A stretch of DNA of 64,000 nt, taken from Eledone cirrhosa (Eukaryota). The position numbers were made by a program, and so were the translations under genes. The notes below the pieces were generated by a model. It was not told the DNA's origin. It did not search any database and saw nothing but the letters and a program-made list of their open reading frames with translations. Positions 26,671 to 55,483 of the stretch are shown here, piece after piece (position 1 is the first letter of the stretch; each line of letters begins with the position of its first letter). The stretch covers positions 46,748,001 to 46,812,000 of the forward strand of contig OZ024752.1 in NCBI GenBank assembly GCA_964016885.1. The letters run 5' to 3'.

Positions 26671-29622
26671 GATTGACTGGTTATTGATTAGACAAAACCC
26701 GCTGATGAAGCCATATGCACCTATTGTGCATTATTGCATAATAAATGCAGGCAGTGGATGCTGTGCACTCTATTGTTGCATTAAGAAACTCGAGTAAGGT
26801 TATAGATTGACGGTAGCCATTTACGTGTGTTGTATTGAAGCGAATAACTATGTCTACTCTGGGATTTTACATAACATTACCTATTGAGTACACTGAGATG
26901 CAACCGGTACTAGCAATGGAACCCATGCTAGTCCTGTCAACTTATATACATATATATATAGTGGATTGGTATAATCATTACAGTATTAGACAAAATGCCT
27001 AGTAATCGATAGAAATAAAGTACCAGTCATGCACTGGTGTTGATTTTACTTGACTCAACCCTAACAACCTAAATTGCTGACCTTGTGTCTACAGTAGAAA
27101 CAATATTGTTCTACCATGTGTATGATACAGGCAGATTTGGAGGTTAATTTTTGCTGTAAAAATGTGTTAAACACCAAAAAATATAAGAGCTGTAAAGTGA
27201 AAATAAAGTCCTGTTGGACTGAGGGCGTTATCTGATTTTAATTTTCTGTTGGGACCATTTAAGTCCCTCAGTATCACTAAAAACTTTACAAAGTGTATAA
27301 ACATGAAAATCTTTATATTCCTACCATCTAAAATTGGTATACAGACTGTGGTGGTGTTATTACAGCTTACACCTACGTAGGTTTAGCTAGCCTCCTATAA
27401 GTCTGCATCTCGTGGGAGGAGTTTTAAATGATAGGAGTCTCAGACATATCATGAAAAAACATAAAAACTTTTACCGAGACCCGACACCAATCAGTTGCAG
27501 GGAAACCCCTCACCCCACTGCTGTTGGTACTTAGTTTTGTTTTTTTCCAGCCAAGTGAACTGCAGTAATGGGAAAAGAAACATCTTGCCCAAGGATACAA
27601 CATGCCAAACAGTCCAAGAACGGAAAGCGCAATCTTATGATGTTGAGTCTAACACCATAACCAAGTAGGCCATGGCTGAACAGGTCATACCATACATCTT
27701 CCTGGTTGTTACTCTAGAGACTAATTTATATCAAGGTACCAAAACACTTTTTCTGAACATCTTACAGTATACAATAAGTCATATTCTAGACTAGCTGACT
27801 GGGCCACACTGCAACATCTATGGAAAGATAGACATACTCATATTTTTCAACAATTAGAGCTCTCAGTAACAAGACAGCAACATGTGGGCCATTGAAATGT
27901 TCTCTGTCAACCTCAGACTTTGTCAAATTTTTACATGTAAGAAAGATATACGTGTGGAAAACTAAGAAGAAAAACACCCCCATCAAAAGTGGGGTACTAC
28001 AAAAAGTTGTTGATCCCAGTAGTAAAATTAGTCTTTCCCAAGCCTAGAGATTCATTAGGACAGCTTATCCCAGTTTTGTTTTTGTTGTGTGTTAAGCAAC
28101 TAAGAAACCCACCCTGCTTAACAGGGCACCAGTCCATTACAGAGTTAGTTCTAGCTGCTGCTACAAGTGGACTGGAGCAACATGAAATGAAGTGTCTTGC
28201 TTAAGACTAAAAAAAGACCCCCCCCAAAAAAATAAAAAAAATAAAAAGCAGGTCCCATTACAAAAAAAAGTTGCTCATCCTTGCACTTATATAGGCATAA
28301 GAATTCAGTGGCTTACAAGGTCCCCCAATATATTACTGGTTCTTACTTTACTGATACTAGATACTGATATGATTCAAATACAAAACTAAATACTATAATG
28401 AATATTTATTCAGACCATTAACAACTCATCCTACTTTCATCTACTTTTGGCACAAGGCCAGCAATTACCCCAGTGCATAACTGGTACTTTGTTTTATCGA
28501 CCTCGTAAGGATGAAAGGCAAAGTTAACCTCAGCAAGATTTGAACTCAGAATGTACCATTAATAACAATTGTTTCTACTATAGGCACAAGGTCAGCAATT
28601 TGAAGGAGAGGGAAAAGTCGATTAAATCAACCCCAGAGCATCATCAATAATAATAGTTTCTTTCTACTTTTGGCACAAGGCCAGCAATTATCCCCAGTGC
28701 ATTCCTGGTACTTTATTGAATCGACCCAGCAATGGTTTCTAATTTAAGACACAAGGCCAGCAATTTGGAGTTAAAGAGGAGGTCGATTATATCAAGCTTT
28801 ACTAGACTGGTACTTTATTATATCAACCCCAGAAGGATGAAAGGCAAAGCTGATATCGTCTAGATATCAACTCAGAATGTAAAAGGGCCAGTACAAATAC
28901 CAAAAAGGATTTTCTCCAATGCTAAGAACCCCTCTATATATATTTTCAGTGAAATCGTAACTAAGAATCGAAACCTACACGAAGTTAAGTCTCAGGGCGC
29001 CTACAAATACTGACTTTTCTTCTTTTTATTAAACATAAAAAGGTAAATTTATGACGAAGATGTAAATGGGGGGCATTCATGCCTCTCCCAAGGATATTAG
29101 TGATGTAAAGGAAGTGAATTGCTTTTACAAAGAAAAAAAAAAAAAAATTAAATCCTTGCCGGTTCAATTTCTTCAGATTGATAAAAGAATATAGCATATA
29201 TACTGGTGTATAGGTCGCACCTCCATTTTACATACATTTACAATTTACCACATATTCTAAAATGAGGTTTCGTAGGTCCGGCAGATAAATCGCATGCTTG
29301 TTTGTTTTCGTAAGTCGTATATTCTTGTGAAATTGTGCGACGTATACACAAATATATAAGAGATATATTGCTAACAGTTATTTCAACGATTAGTTACACA
29401 GACAAGATCAACTCTTAATTGAGGGAGAAGACAGCTTTAACTCCCTACAGAGAGATATTTAGAGCAGTGAAGGCGGTGAAATGTAATGTTGTGATAGTCA
29501 TGATATTTCAGATATATTAATGGCTTGAATAATATATAATATATATATAGTATCTTGGAATCTGAACTGACTCGCAAGCACCGCCTTGCTAAGTGCTTAC
29601 CTTTCTCAAATCTATTGTGATC

Positions 29623-29670
<48 letters not shown>

Positions 29671-31549
29671 AATAAATATATATATATATATATATAAAGA
29701 ACTGTTTAAGATAAACTATTGACAAACTAAATTTAAATAAATAAATATATGGGTGCAGTTATTTATAAAGATATATCAGAAAAAAATAAATTTATTTAAG
29801 AATATCAACTAAGAAATTTAAAATAAGATCCTTGTTCTCCTCGACTTTCAAGCAGAAAAAAAGAAGGTAAAACAATAAACTAGAGAATATAAAATGAGGA
29901 GAGATATTGTAGAATATATAAATTAACCCATTAATGTTGGATGTGTTCCCCAAAAAAAACAGGACATTTAGAAAATTATATACATTACGAACTAATGGAT
30001 TTCAGTGTCAAATAATATTCACATGTTAACTTTTTACGAACCCAAACTATTCTATAAGCATTCTTTTATGACTTTCTTCATCCATACTGTGTTTATTTCT
30101 CATTTGTAATTAAATAAATCGGAATAAATATTAAAACATTTGAGTGTTAATGGGTTAAACGGGTCATGGTTCTGTTTAAACATCAAATAATTATAACGAA
30201 TAATAGTAATAATAATAATAATAAAGACTAATAATATTATGAATATAAACAAATGAAAAAAAGTGGAAGATATATATATACATACTTATAGGGAGGGAAA
30301 AACCAGGAGACTAAAACGAGTTTTTTTTATAATTTGGTTTAGGCCTTGTTGGACACAAATTGAGATACCAAAATGGCTTAGATTTACTCACTAAATCTGG
30401 ACCCCCACTTTAGAACTAGGCAAGGATAAGTTTTCCGTTTTCCAGATAGAAATTATGGATAATCGGGATTTTGGTGGGAAGAACTTTTGATTTGCATCAT
30501 CATATTGTGGGACTTAATTTAATTTGTTATTTAAAAAGAAAGAAAAAATAAGGGTGAGTAAGATAAACGAAATGATTCCATGAGATACGCAGACAAACCC
30601 ACAAACTGCATCATATAAATAGAGGAGGGGGGAAAAAGGTAAAAAGAATTTTTTTTATCTGTTGAAATAAAAATAATTTAATTAAAATAAAACAAAAAAC
30701 ATATTGTAAATAGAAAATAAAGAATATCAGTGCACACACACATTATTTATATACATATATAAATATATATACACATATATATATAAAGTGCATGTATATA
30801 TTTATACACATAGCACATGAAATACAATGGAAACGAATTGTGTCAGAGAATATGTGAAGTATAAAAAATGGTTAGTTTAGAATACACATGTAAAGTTAAT
30901 GATAATAATCGTAATAAAATACATACAATAAATCAATTAGGAGGAGAAAAATTAAAACAAAGCTTACTAAGAGCTATAAATTTTCCTGGCTTCACACAGA
31001 GTTGAAATAGACATTGATATTGAAATCTTAATATTAGTGGAAATTCTACTTCATCGAAATTGGTATTGAAATTAGTATTTTACCAGAAGATTCGACAAAC
31101 AGTATTCCACTTAACCAGACTTCTAAACCTATTTTTAAGCTAAAATTTCAATTGGAATTTGATATTAGTTCGCCACATAACATGTGCGACAACAAGCATT
31201 TCAATTTGGAAATAACAAACGATTGCTGACGAAGCTGGTTTCGTAATTATGAAAACCTAAACGTGTCACAATTTGAGCTTCCAAATTTCCAATGTATTCT
31301 GAAATCTTTGAAAATAGTAACCGTTTGTAAATAAACGTATTTTTATTTAATTTCTGTTTGTTATACAACAATTCAAATAGCAAATATAGCATAACACACG
31401 ATGAAACTTCAGTCCAAATAAAAATTCAAAAGAAAAACATGATAAGGCCGATTTCATAAAATGATTTTGAAACTTTTAGCCATCCGTAATTTATTCTAGG
31501 AACTAGCTGGTTTTGTCAAGGGAGTTAATTTGGTTAGTTCCCGCTATTA

Positions 31550-31830
31550 CCACATCCGACGCACTGCAATATGGGTCTGGCTTAGTGACTTCGACATTTG
31601 ATTGGTTGGCCAAAGAAAAATTTTAACTTAAAAATCATCGACCATTTAACTCCTACAGAATAAACCCCACAATTGAATACTTTAAGAATACAATAAAACT
31701 GGAGGGGTCATATACGGGAAACCTGATGGCTTCAAAATGGCGGTAATTTAACTGACGGGGATGGGAGATCACGTGCTCTCTGGCGTCAAGCAGCTTATAC
31801 GACGCCATTTCAGTAGCTACGAAGCACTCA
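31550..31830. promoter_or_regulatory. Putative housekeeping, possibly bidirectional, promoter upstream of NOL9
   Basis: Locally CpG-rich, repeat-free; ATTGG box near 31601, YY1-like CAAAATGGCGG near 31733 (+) and AAATGGCGTC at 31801-31810 (-), E-box CACGTG near 31770. The first NOL9 exon was not located. Confidence 0.45.
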
Positions 31831-33713
31831 AACGTTTTACACGGTTCTTATGTTTTGGGTAGGGTTTTTTCCCCCCTCGAAGTGGTTTGATTTATTACTC
31901 TAACTAACGCAGTGAGATTTTCGCTTGCTTTTTAATGTAGGCCTTAATAGAAAAAGTGGTTAGTTGGAATATGGTACTGTTATGAGTAGATAAGACCAAG
32001 TTAGCCGGATCAGCCTTGAATGAGAAACCACCGTGAGGTGTGCAAATTATGTGAACACCGGAGTATATTAAGGCCGTTAGATGAGCGATCCTAGTCCTGC
32101 TTCAAGGCATGGAGTTGCACTAAGCATTTTAGATCTTACTGTTCGAAAGATATTGTGTCTGAATGTAGGGGTTTTTTTTTAGTTTTTTTTTTTTTACTTT
32201 TATAAGATAAATCAACGAAATAGGGAAAACGTTGAGAGAAAATATGGTTGCAATATAAGATAGATGGACATTGTTCTTCTGTGAATTAGTGATGGAATGT
32301 ATTTCCATTTGTCTGTCCACTATTGGTCGGAGAGCAATCCAGGACAACGCCCACTGCCGAAAAGGGACTATTTAGAGAAACATCCTTTTCCCCAAAACTA
32401 AACAGACGTGACATTAATATAGATAAATTAAAGATCTATGGATGTTTTGTTTTGTTATTTATTCCGACCATTTCATTCGGCAACGCAGTGATAGTTCATG
32501 TCCTGTTCGATAGCCTGACCTCGAAAAGAAAAGTATCCGCCGTCAGTAATAATAAACCACTCTCATCAGATTAATTGAGTTTTTTTTTTATATTTCATCA
32601 GGGAAATACCTTACTACAAAATTTCGATGTTAAAATATAAACATACTTGTAAAGTAGTGTAAAGCATTCGGGTGATGTTTCCAAGACTAAATTAACAACT
32701 ACATATATTTTATTTGTATATTTATAAATATTAGGCAAGCAAAACCGGGGGGTCGTTCCCAGCGGAAACACCCAGAGACCTGCACGCACACATGCAAGCA
32801 TGTTAACAGTTTTTCATAGCACCATGTTGCTAAATATTAGTCTTATAAATAGTAGATATGGAAGCGATGACAGTGGGAGTTCGGTTCTTCCGTGTTCGGA
32901 CATATTTGTCAAACTGTAGGGTTTATCAAACAATTGCACCATAACTTTTTAAATAATAAAATTTTTAATGTAAATATTATACATTGGTCTGTGTATTTAG
33001 AAAATAAAGGTTGTTGATGTCCTTATATTTATCATTTATTCATATAAAAACCATAAAGTTGTCCTTTTCGGACACGATATTAACGCATATATACAGTGTA
33101 TACACACACATGTTTATATATAGTTGTCTTTTGTATGAGGTACATTAGATTTATTTCGTGTATTATTAAATGTTAAATGTTGATTTGGGTTATTCCACAC
33201 AAATCGATTTTTGTTGCCTTCCTGTAAATACAACATTGATAGATTCCTAATATTAAGGCTTGCAGACACGAGGGAAAAGTGCCACCAAAATAGAGAATAT
33301 TTACACTAACTAATATATATATAATATTAGTTAGTGTACTCACAGGATCATCAGCCAAAACATAATAAATAAATATATATATATATATTTATACTTCGAT
33401 ACATATGTTGAGCTACACAGATTTATATATATATATATAACAAAATTAAATATATAAATGTCTTCTACAGGACTAGAACTGTTTCGTTCGAAGGAAATCA
33501 GTACCTTACTGTGCTTACCCGGGATTCATATATATATATGTGTGTGTGTGTACTATTATATATGTATGTAGGTGAACACATGGATGTGTATATATATTTT
33601 GTGTGATGATCCTGTGAGTACATATGAAACTCCAGAGTAACAAGACTTAGCTATAGTAGTTATTAAATTCTACTTCTGTATTGAGTACTCATTCTCACGA
33701 CTGTCAACATCAC

Positions 33714-33760
<47 letters not shown>

Positions 33761-33767
33761 TGTATAG

Positions 33768-33798
<31 letters not shown>

Positions 33799-34447
33799 TA
33801 TTATATATGTGTGTGTATTACAAATATATATGTGTGTCTGTGTGTGTAAATATGATATGTTCCTAGTTTGTTGACCGGTATAACTACAAATCTGGGTTAG
33901 TACACGATACATGATTAGTTTCAGAGTAAATATGTAGGAAGGGTATAATACTAACAGCTAGTAACCAAAATTCTCTTGGTTCAAACTAGTTTATTCGAAT
34001 GTATGTGTGTATATTTGTAACCCTTCCATTGTAAACATTCAATTTGTCCACCACGTATGTGTTCCAACACGTTTCGCTATGAATTTCAATATACCCATAT
34101 TTATAATATTTTATTTATTTTATTTATAAAATTAATTTCGAAAATTAAAAAATGATAATTTAGCATATTAAAATTCTAAAATAAATAACTTCAAACTATT
34201 TTCAATATACCCATATATATATATATATATAAATATATATAATATATATATATATATAGCAAGATATATATATAATATATATATATATATAGCAAGATAT
34301 ATATATAATATATATATATATAGCAAGATATATATATAATATATATATAGCAAGATATATACGTATGTACGTATTTATTAAAATTATAAAATAAATAACT
34401 TCAACTAATATTTTCAATATACTCATATATTTTTTATTTAGAAAATA

Positions 34448-34494
<47 letters not shown>

Positions 34495-35822
34495 CAAGAT
34501 GCAAGATATATACGTATGTACGTATTTATTAAAATTATAAAATAAATAACTTCAACAAATATTTATTTTTTATAATGAAGTATTTATACCAAACATTTCT
34601 TTGTTTATGTTGACCGTCGCCATGTTACACGACTTAAGAAAAAAAAAAACGTCTTGCACTGAAACAATTATTTAAGCTTTAAAAATAATATATTTGGGTC
34701 AAAAAGAGTAAAATAAAATGATATTTTCTGCTATAATAAATTTATTTTAAAAATCCGTCTTTCTTATTTCTAATATTGTATTTTTATATAGTCTTAAGAT
34801 TTAATTTCTTTTGACCCGACACAAAGCCAATGCAAGGGAGATAATTATTGTATTTAGCAGACAAAAACTCACAGAAAAACTAAAAATAAATTGATTTTAG
34901 GTTGTTCCCCGCCCCCCATTCTTTTATTTAAGATATAGGATAACAGAGTGCTTCTTTTCACACACGTCTGTCGTAATATAATTTAGGGTTGAATAATATT
35001 TATTCCATTTTATAAATACAATTTGTATTTATGGATTGCAAAAAGTACTAATCAATAAAAATATCAGAAAGAAAAAAAATAGTTGATAATAATTATTCAA
35101 AATCAAATACTTTAAATTATGATTTATAATGCCGTTTTGAAGTAGTGCCACTGGTAGTGGTATCGATAATGGTGATCGCTCTCCTTTCTAAATTTTATAA
35201 AGTAAAACTAACAACCAAAATAAAAATCGATAACAACTTCAAAGATTAGAAAACAAGTTTTCTAATCTTTTTCGTATCTGATTTGTTCTTTTTAGGGACT
35301 TTTAAACGTAGATGAATGTAAAAATTGTTGTTGTAGTCTTTATCCTCTCCTCACAAAATGGAGTTTCTAGCCTTTACCCTCTCCTCACAAAATGGAGTGT
35401 TTAGCCTTTACCCTTCTTCTTCCACTTATTCCTGAGAGGGTTGTGGGGGACAGAGTCCTCAAATACTCCTTCCAGTGGGTCCTGTCGAAAGCTATCGTCT
35501 CAAAATGATCCAGCTGGATCCACAAACAAGACCAGCCAAGCTCATGGATGTTATCCAACCATTTTGCTCAGGGTCTCCTGCCAGTTGGTTTTGCCTGTAA
35601 AATCTATCAAACGATTCTTTCCTGAGACATTCTAACCACATGTCTAGCCCACACTGTAAATGTGGTTGGCATTAGGAAGGACATCCAGTCATAGAAACCA
35701 AGCCAAAATCGGTTCTGTATGAGCAAGACATGGTCATCTGACCTCGACTTATCTCAAATAGGACAACTTGTCTAATCCATGTTAGAATGGAAAATGAACA
35801 ATAAACTGTGATGATGATGATG

Positions 35823-35880
<58 letters not shown>

Positions 35881-36028
35881 GGAGTGGGTCGGTAGAGCAC
35901 TCAACTAAAATACTTTTACAGTAATTTAGTTTATATCCCTCTATATTGATGATGGTGGTGGTGATATAATTTACTCTGAATTGATAAAATAACAAATAAA
36001 GACAAATTCCCCAAAGATACCAAAATTG

Positions 36029-36034
36029 TTTATT
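36029..36034 (-). terminator. Candidate IDH1 poly(A) signal
   Basis: AATAAA on the minus strand about 250 nt after the stop, followed by T/G-rich sequence. Confidence 0.55.
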
Positions 36035-36243
36035 CATAAACATTCACAAAATATAAATACTTATATATTACCTGCATCTGAAATATGAATTTCAGATTTT
36101 TTCCTCTTCTTAATATAGGCTAACGTTGATTAATGTTATGATAATAATTAGCCTACATTTTCATTAAAACTTTAAAAGATGATTAAAAATATTTTGAAAG
36201 TAGAAAAGACATTTGAATCCTTATAAGTTAATATGCTTAAATG

Positions 36244-36282
36244 TCATAGTTTACTCTCTGTTATCAAGTTGGACCTGCTCAG

Positions 36283-36285
<3 letters not shown>
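36244..36285 (-). other. Putative stop-codon readthrough extension of IDH1 encoding a PTS1 (UGA-LSRSNLITESKL-stop)
   Basis: TGA CTG AGC AGG TCC AAC TTG ATA ACA GAG AGT AAA CTA TGA read directly in frame after the last sense codon. Confidence 0.8.
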
Positions 36286-50431
<14,146 letters not shown>

Positions 50432-50683
50432 TTTATCAGCGTTGTAATATTATGATGTGTCAATTGACAACTCCGTAGATGGTTTCCTAAACTTAGACTG
50501 TTTCTTTCTTTACACCTACCACCTTTTGATCGACCTGCTTCAATAAATACCACAATATCGAACTAACCCCCTTTATCAGCCGATTGAGAGATGAATTGAG
50601 GGCTGCCGACTGGGTTTTTATTTTTAAAATTATCTTTGTAGTAACTTAGTATCGATGCTTATGCTGATAGTGGTAACGATGAC

Positions 50684-51657
50684 TGTGGTGGTAGTGGTAA
50701 TTAAGGTGGTGGTGGTTGTTGTAGTGGTGGTGGTGGTGGTGGTTGTAGTAGTGGTGGTGGTGGTGATGACGATGGTGGTGGCGGTGGTGGTATGGTGGTG
50801 GTGGTGGTGGTGACGATGGTGGTGGTGGTTGTGGTTGTAGTAGTGGTGGTGGTGGCGGTGGTGGTTGTGGTGGTGGTAGTGATGACGATGGTGGTGGTAG
50901 TAATGAAGGCGGTGGAGGTTGTGGTTGTAGTAATGAAGGTGGTAGTGGAGACAGTGGTTGTGATTGTGGTAGAGGAAGTAGTGGAGACGGTGGTGGTGGT
51001 AGTGGAGGTGGTAGTGGAGACGGTGGTGGTAGTGGTAGTGGAGGCGATGGTGGTGGAGGCGATGGTGGTAGTGGAGACGGTGGTAGTAGTGGAGGCGATG
51101 GTGGTGGTGGCGATGGTAGTAGTGGAGGCGATGGTGGTAGTGGAGGCGATGGTGGCGATGGTAGTGGAGACGGTGGTGGTAGTGGAGGCGATGGTGGTGG
51201 AGGCGATGGTGGTAGTGGAGGCGATGGTGGTGGTAGTGGAGGTGGTAGTGGAGACGGTGGTGGTGGTGGTGGTGGTAGTGAAGGTTGTAAATACGATGTT
51301 GTTGTTGCTGTCGTTCCTTTTATTGTATTTTTTCTTGTTATGTAAATGCTATTACTACTATTACTACCACCACCACCACCACCACTACTACTACTACCAT
51401 ACTACTAACACTACTACTACTACCACCACCATTACTACTACCTTACTACTATCACTACCACCACCGCCACCACCACTACTACAACTACTACCACCACCAC
51501 TACTACTACCATACTACTACTACCACCACCATTACTACTACCTTACTACTATCACTACCACCACCACCACCACCACTACTACAACTACTACCACCACCAC
51601 TACTACTACCACCACCATTACTACTACCTTACTACTATCACGACAACTACCGCTACC

Positions 51658-51691
<34 letters not shown>

Positions 51692-51798
51692 GCACCACCA
51701 CTACTACTACATCCACCACGGCTGCTGTTATATAATTGCCAATACTACCACTACTACAACCACTACAGACACCACCACTACTACTACTACTACTACTG
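50684..51798. repeat. (GGT/GGN)n tract followed by (ACC/ACT)n tract upstream of IDH1
   Basis: G-rich triplets about 50684-51280, C/A-rich triplets about 51345-51798. Confidence 0.9.
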
Positions 51799-52540
51799 TT
51801 AACGCTTTTGTTTTTTGCTTATTGGGGTCTGTAAGTTGTTTGTATTTATTTTTTCAGCTGATGTAATCACGTGACAGCACCTATTTTACAAACCATACGC
51901 CCATTATATAAATTTGTATACATACACACACACACACACATATGTATATATGTCTCTCTATATATATATATATAAATATGTATATATGTATATTATATAT
52001 GCATATATATATATATATATTATATATGCATATATATATATAATATATGCATATATATATATATTATATGCATATATATATATTATATATGCATATATAC
52101 ATATATATATGCATATATATATATATGCATATATATATATATATTATACATGCATATATATATATATTATATATGCATATATATATTATATATACCTATA
52201 AATATGTATATATACATATATATATATGTATATATATATTATACATGCATATATATATGCATGTATAATATATATATATTTATATGTATATATAATATAT
52301 ATATGCATATATAATATATATATATGCATGTATATTATATATGCATATATATTATATATACATATAAATATGTATATATACATATATATATGTATATATA
52401 TGTATATATATATATATATTATACATGCATATATATATATATTATATATGCATATATATATATATTATATATGCATATATATATATATTATATATGCATA
52501 TATAATATACATATAAATATATATATATACATATAAATAT

Positions 52541-52574
<34 letters not shown>

Positions 52575-52737
52575 TTATATACATATAAATATGTATATAT
52601 ATATACATATAAATATGTATATATATATATACATATAAATATGTATACATATATACATATAAATATGTATATATATATATATATATAAATATGTATATAT
52701 ATATATATATAAATATGTATATATATATATATATATA

Positions 52738-53105
52738 CGACCGTGACTTCTGGCGTCACGCAGTAATACAGGGTACCCGACCTCCCATGGGTACATGCTG
52801 AAGCATATAAACAATATGCCCCCCCCCCCCCCCACCGCAAGGTGGTCGTGGAGGTGCCACGGCAAAAAAGCACCCAGCCCACACTGTAAAGTGGACGTGT
52901 AGGCGCCACGAAAAAGCACCCAGCACTCACTGTAAATGAGGTTGGTGTTAGGAAGGGCATCCAGCTGTAGAAATCAAGCCAGATCAGTTCCTGTATGAGC
53001 AAGGCATGGTCAGCCGACCAGACACTGCCCACAACAGGACAACCCGTCTAACCCATGCTAGCGTGGAAGAACGGACGTAAAACGGTGATGATGATGATGA
53101 TGATG
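52738..53105 (+). mobile_element. Second SINE-like family ending in (GAT)n (other copies near 1983-2135, 5757-5955, 15425-15650, 23075-23372, 35645-35822)
   Basis: Shared GTTAGGAAGGGCATCCAGCTGTAG and AACCCATGCTAGCGTGGAAGA..GGACGT.AAACGATGATGAT; 52738-53105 and 23075-23372 are closely similar. Confidence 0.75.
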
Positions 53106-53169
53106 ATATATATATAAATATGTATATATATATATATATATATAAATATGTATATATATATATATATAA

Positions 53170-53200
<31 letters not shown>

Positions 53201-53201
53201 A

Positions 53202-53272
<71 letters not shown>

Positions 53273-53388
53273 TGTATATATATATATATATAAATATAAT
53301 GGAAAAATTCGAACAGGAACAAAACAGAGAGGCAGTACAACGAATGTTTATTAATTTCACGCTCTGGAGAGTGGGGTGATGGTGGGGA

Positions 53389-53420
53389 ACGACGTTTCGG
53401 GCATAAGCCCTTCCTCAGGT
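53389..53420 (-). ncRNA. Minimal hammerhead core, helix I degenerate
   Basis: CTGAGGA-A-GGGC(TTAT)GCCC-GAAA-CG-TC on the minus strand. Confidence 0.45.
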
Positions 53421-53893
53421 GAGAAGTGTGAGGGAACAGAGTGCAAAGGGTGTGTAGGGGAGTGGTGGAGAGACATATAGCGAAAGGAAACGTTTCGAAT
53501 GTAATTAAAAATAAAAATAAAAATAAAGCAGGATCAAAATAAAAGGAATGAAATAAAAATAAATATAAAAGCATGATCAAAATAAACTGAAATTAAAAAG
53601 GGGTAAAACAGGTGGTGGAAGGGTGTGGGGTGTGTAGGGGTGGTGGCGGGTGGAATGGGGAGAGGGAGACGGGGTGTCCGAACGGGGAGGGCTGAAGGTG
53701 GTGTGTGTGTAGGTGTACGTGTGTGTGTGTGTGTGTGTAAGTGAAAGCAAGGGCTGGGGGAAGAACGGGGTTGCATGTTCAGGAAGAGGTGTGTATGGGG
53801 GGGGGGGGTAGGTCGGAGTGTCTGTGCGTGTGTGGATAGAGGGGTATATTTATATACATATAAATATGTATAAATATATATATATACATATAA

Positions 53894-53942
<49 letters not shown>

Positions 53943-54758
53943 TGTATATATATATATATATATAAATATGTATATATATAAATATGTATATATATATATA
54001 TATAAATATGTATATATATATAAATATGTATATATATAAATATGTATATATATATATATATAAATATGTATATATTTATATACATATAAATATGTATATA
54101 TATATATATATATATAAATATGTACATATTTATATACATATAAATATGTATATATATACATATATGTATATATATATATATATAAATATGTACATATTTA
54201 TATACATATAAATATGTATATATATATATACATATAAATATGTATATATATTTCGTTTCTGAATTTGTTTAGCAAGATTCTTTATCTGAAATCGTGTGTT
54301 GAAACCGATATTGTTATACTTTGGGAGGGTCATGTTGCCAATAAGAAACACACGCACCAGTTGCTTTCACTTCAATTTATTATATATCTATAAATTTATA
54401 AATTTACAAATCTATAAATTTCTGGTTGGTTGGTTGGTTCCACAACCAGATAGTTGTTTATATATAGTCATAGTCCTTTCGTCACACACTCTGTGACCTC
54501 TTCAGTGACTGGGGATTCCTTTCTTTGTTTCTGTGCCTTTCCTTTCTTCTGTCCTACGCCATTTTGTTTCATATATATATATATATGATGGCATATATAT
54601 ATATATATGCCGTCGAAACGGCTTGAGCTCAGCCGTCGGGATCCTACTCGTTCATATTACCCACTCTACTACCCTAAGTATCGAGTACTTTGGTGCGTTA
54701 TGGTCCATCTGGTTTCTTACCACATTTCCTTTGTTATATATATATATATATATATATA

Positions 54759-54934
54759 CGAGGGTAATCCCAAAAGTAAGGTCTTCCTTTCGAGGAAAAC
54801 ATGCGTAAAGATCGGCGGATCACTCTGGATGCTCTCCGCATTTTGGTTCCCGAGGTTACCCGAAGCACCATCCACAGGATTTTAACGGAAAAGTTGCAAT
54901 ATCGGAAGGAGACCTTACTTTTGTGATTGCCCTC

Positions 54935-54935
<1 letters not shown>
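54759..54935 (+). mobile_element. Internally deleted mariner element inserted in (TA)n
   Basis: TIRs CGAGGGTAATCCCAAAAGTAAGGTCT / AGACCTTACTTTTGTGATTGCCCTCG; interior reads KDRRITLDALRILVPEVTRSTIHRILTEKLQYRK (mariner transposase HTH remnant). Confidence 0.85.
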
Positions 54936-54991
<56 letters not shown>

Positions 54992-55274
54992 AATGCTTCT
55001 CTCCCACTCTTCACCACACCCATACAATTATACATACATTCATTTGTCTATTCTTTTGCTTTCTATTTATATTTTTATTATCCACTCAAATGTTGCTATC
55101 TCTATTATACATTCATATATTTTTTTCCATTTTCTATTCACTTCTCTTTTTCTAATTTCCCTATATATACACACATATATACATATATACATATATATAT
55201 ATATACACATACTACTCATGCTGGCGTGGACAATGGACGTTAAACGATGATGATGGTGATGATGTATATATATG

Positions 55275-55305
<31 letters not shown>

Positions 55306-55446
55306 ATGTATATATATGCAGGTTATACTTGGAGTAATAATAGTTAAAGAATGAGAATTAACATGGTTGGCTGTACAATAAGGGCTTTATTTAAAGTGCT
55401 GACAATTGTTTCGTTGATCATGTGGGTCTAGAGTTTGCTAATCGCT

Positions 55447-55479
<33 letters not shown>

Positions 55480-55483
<4 letters not shown>

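Larger units (their letters stand above)
51915..54250. repeat. Large degenerate (TA)n satellite field with embedded SINE and Penelope-like remnant
   Basis: TATATA/TATGCA/TAAATATG units; interruptions at 52738-53105 and about 53300-53845. Confidence 0.9.

Noticed and set aside
31992-32012. Resemblance to the U3 snoRNA 5' end (AAGACC...GGATCA)
   Set aside because: Boxes A', B, C and D are not convincingly present.
50792-51802. 336-aa poly-Val/Thr/Tyr ORF
   Set aside because: Triplet-repeat artefact.
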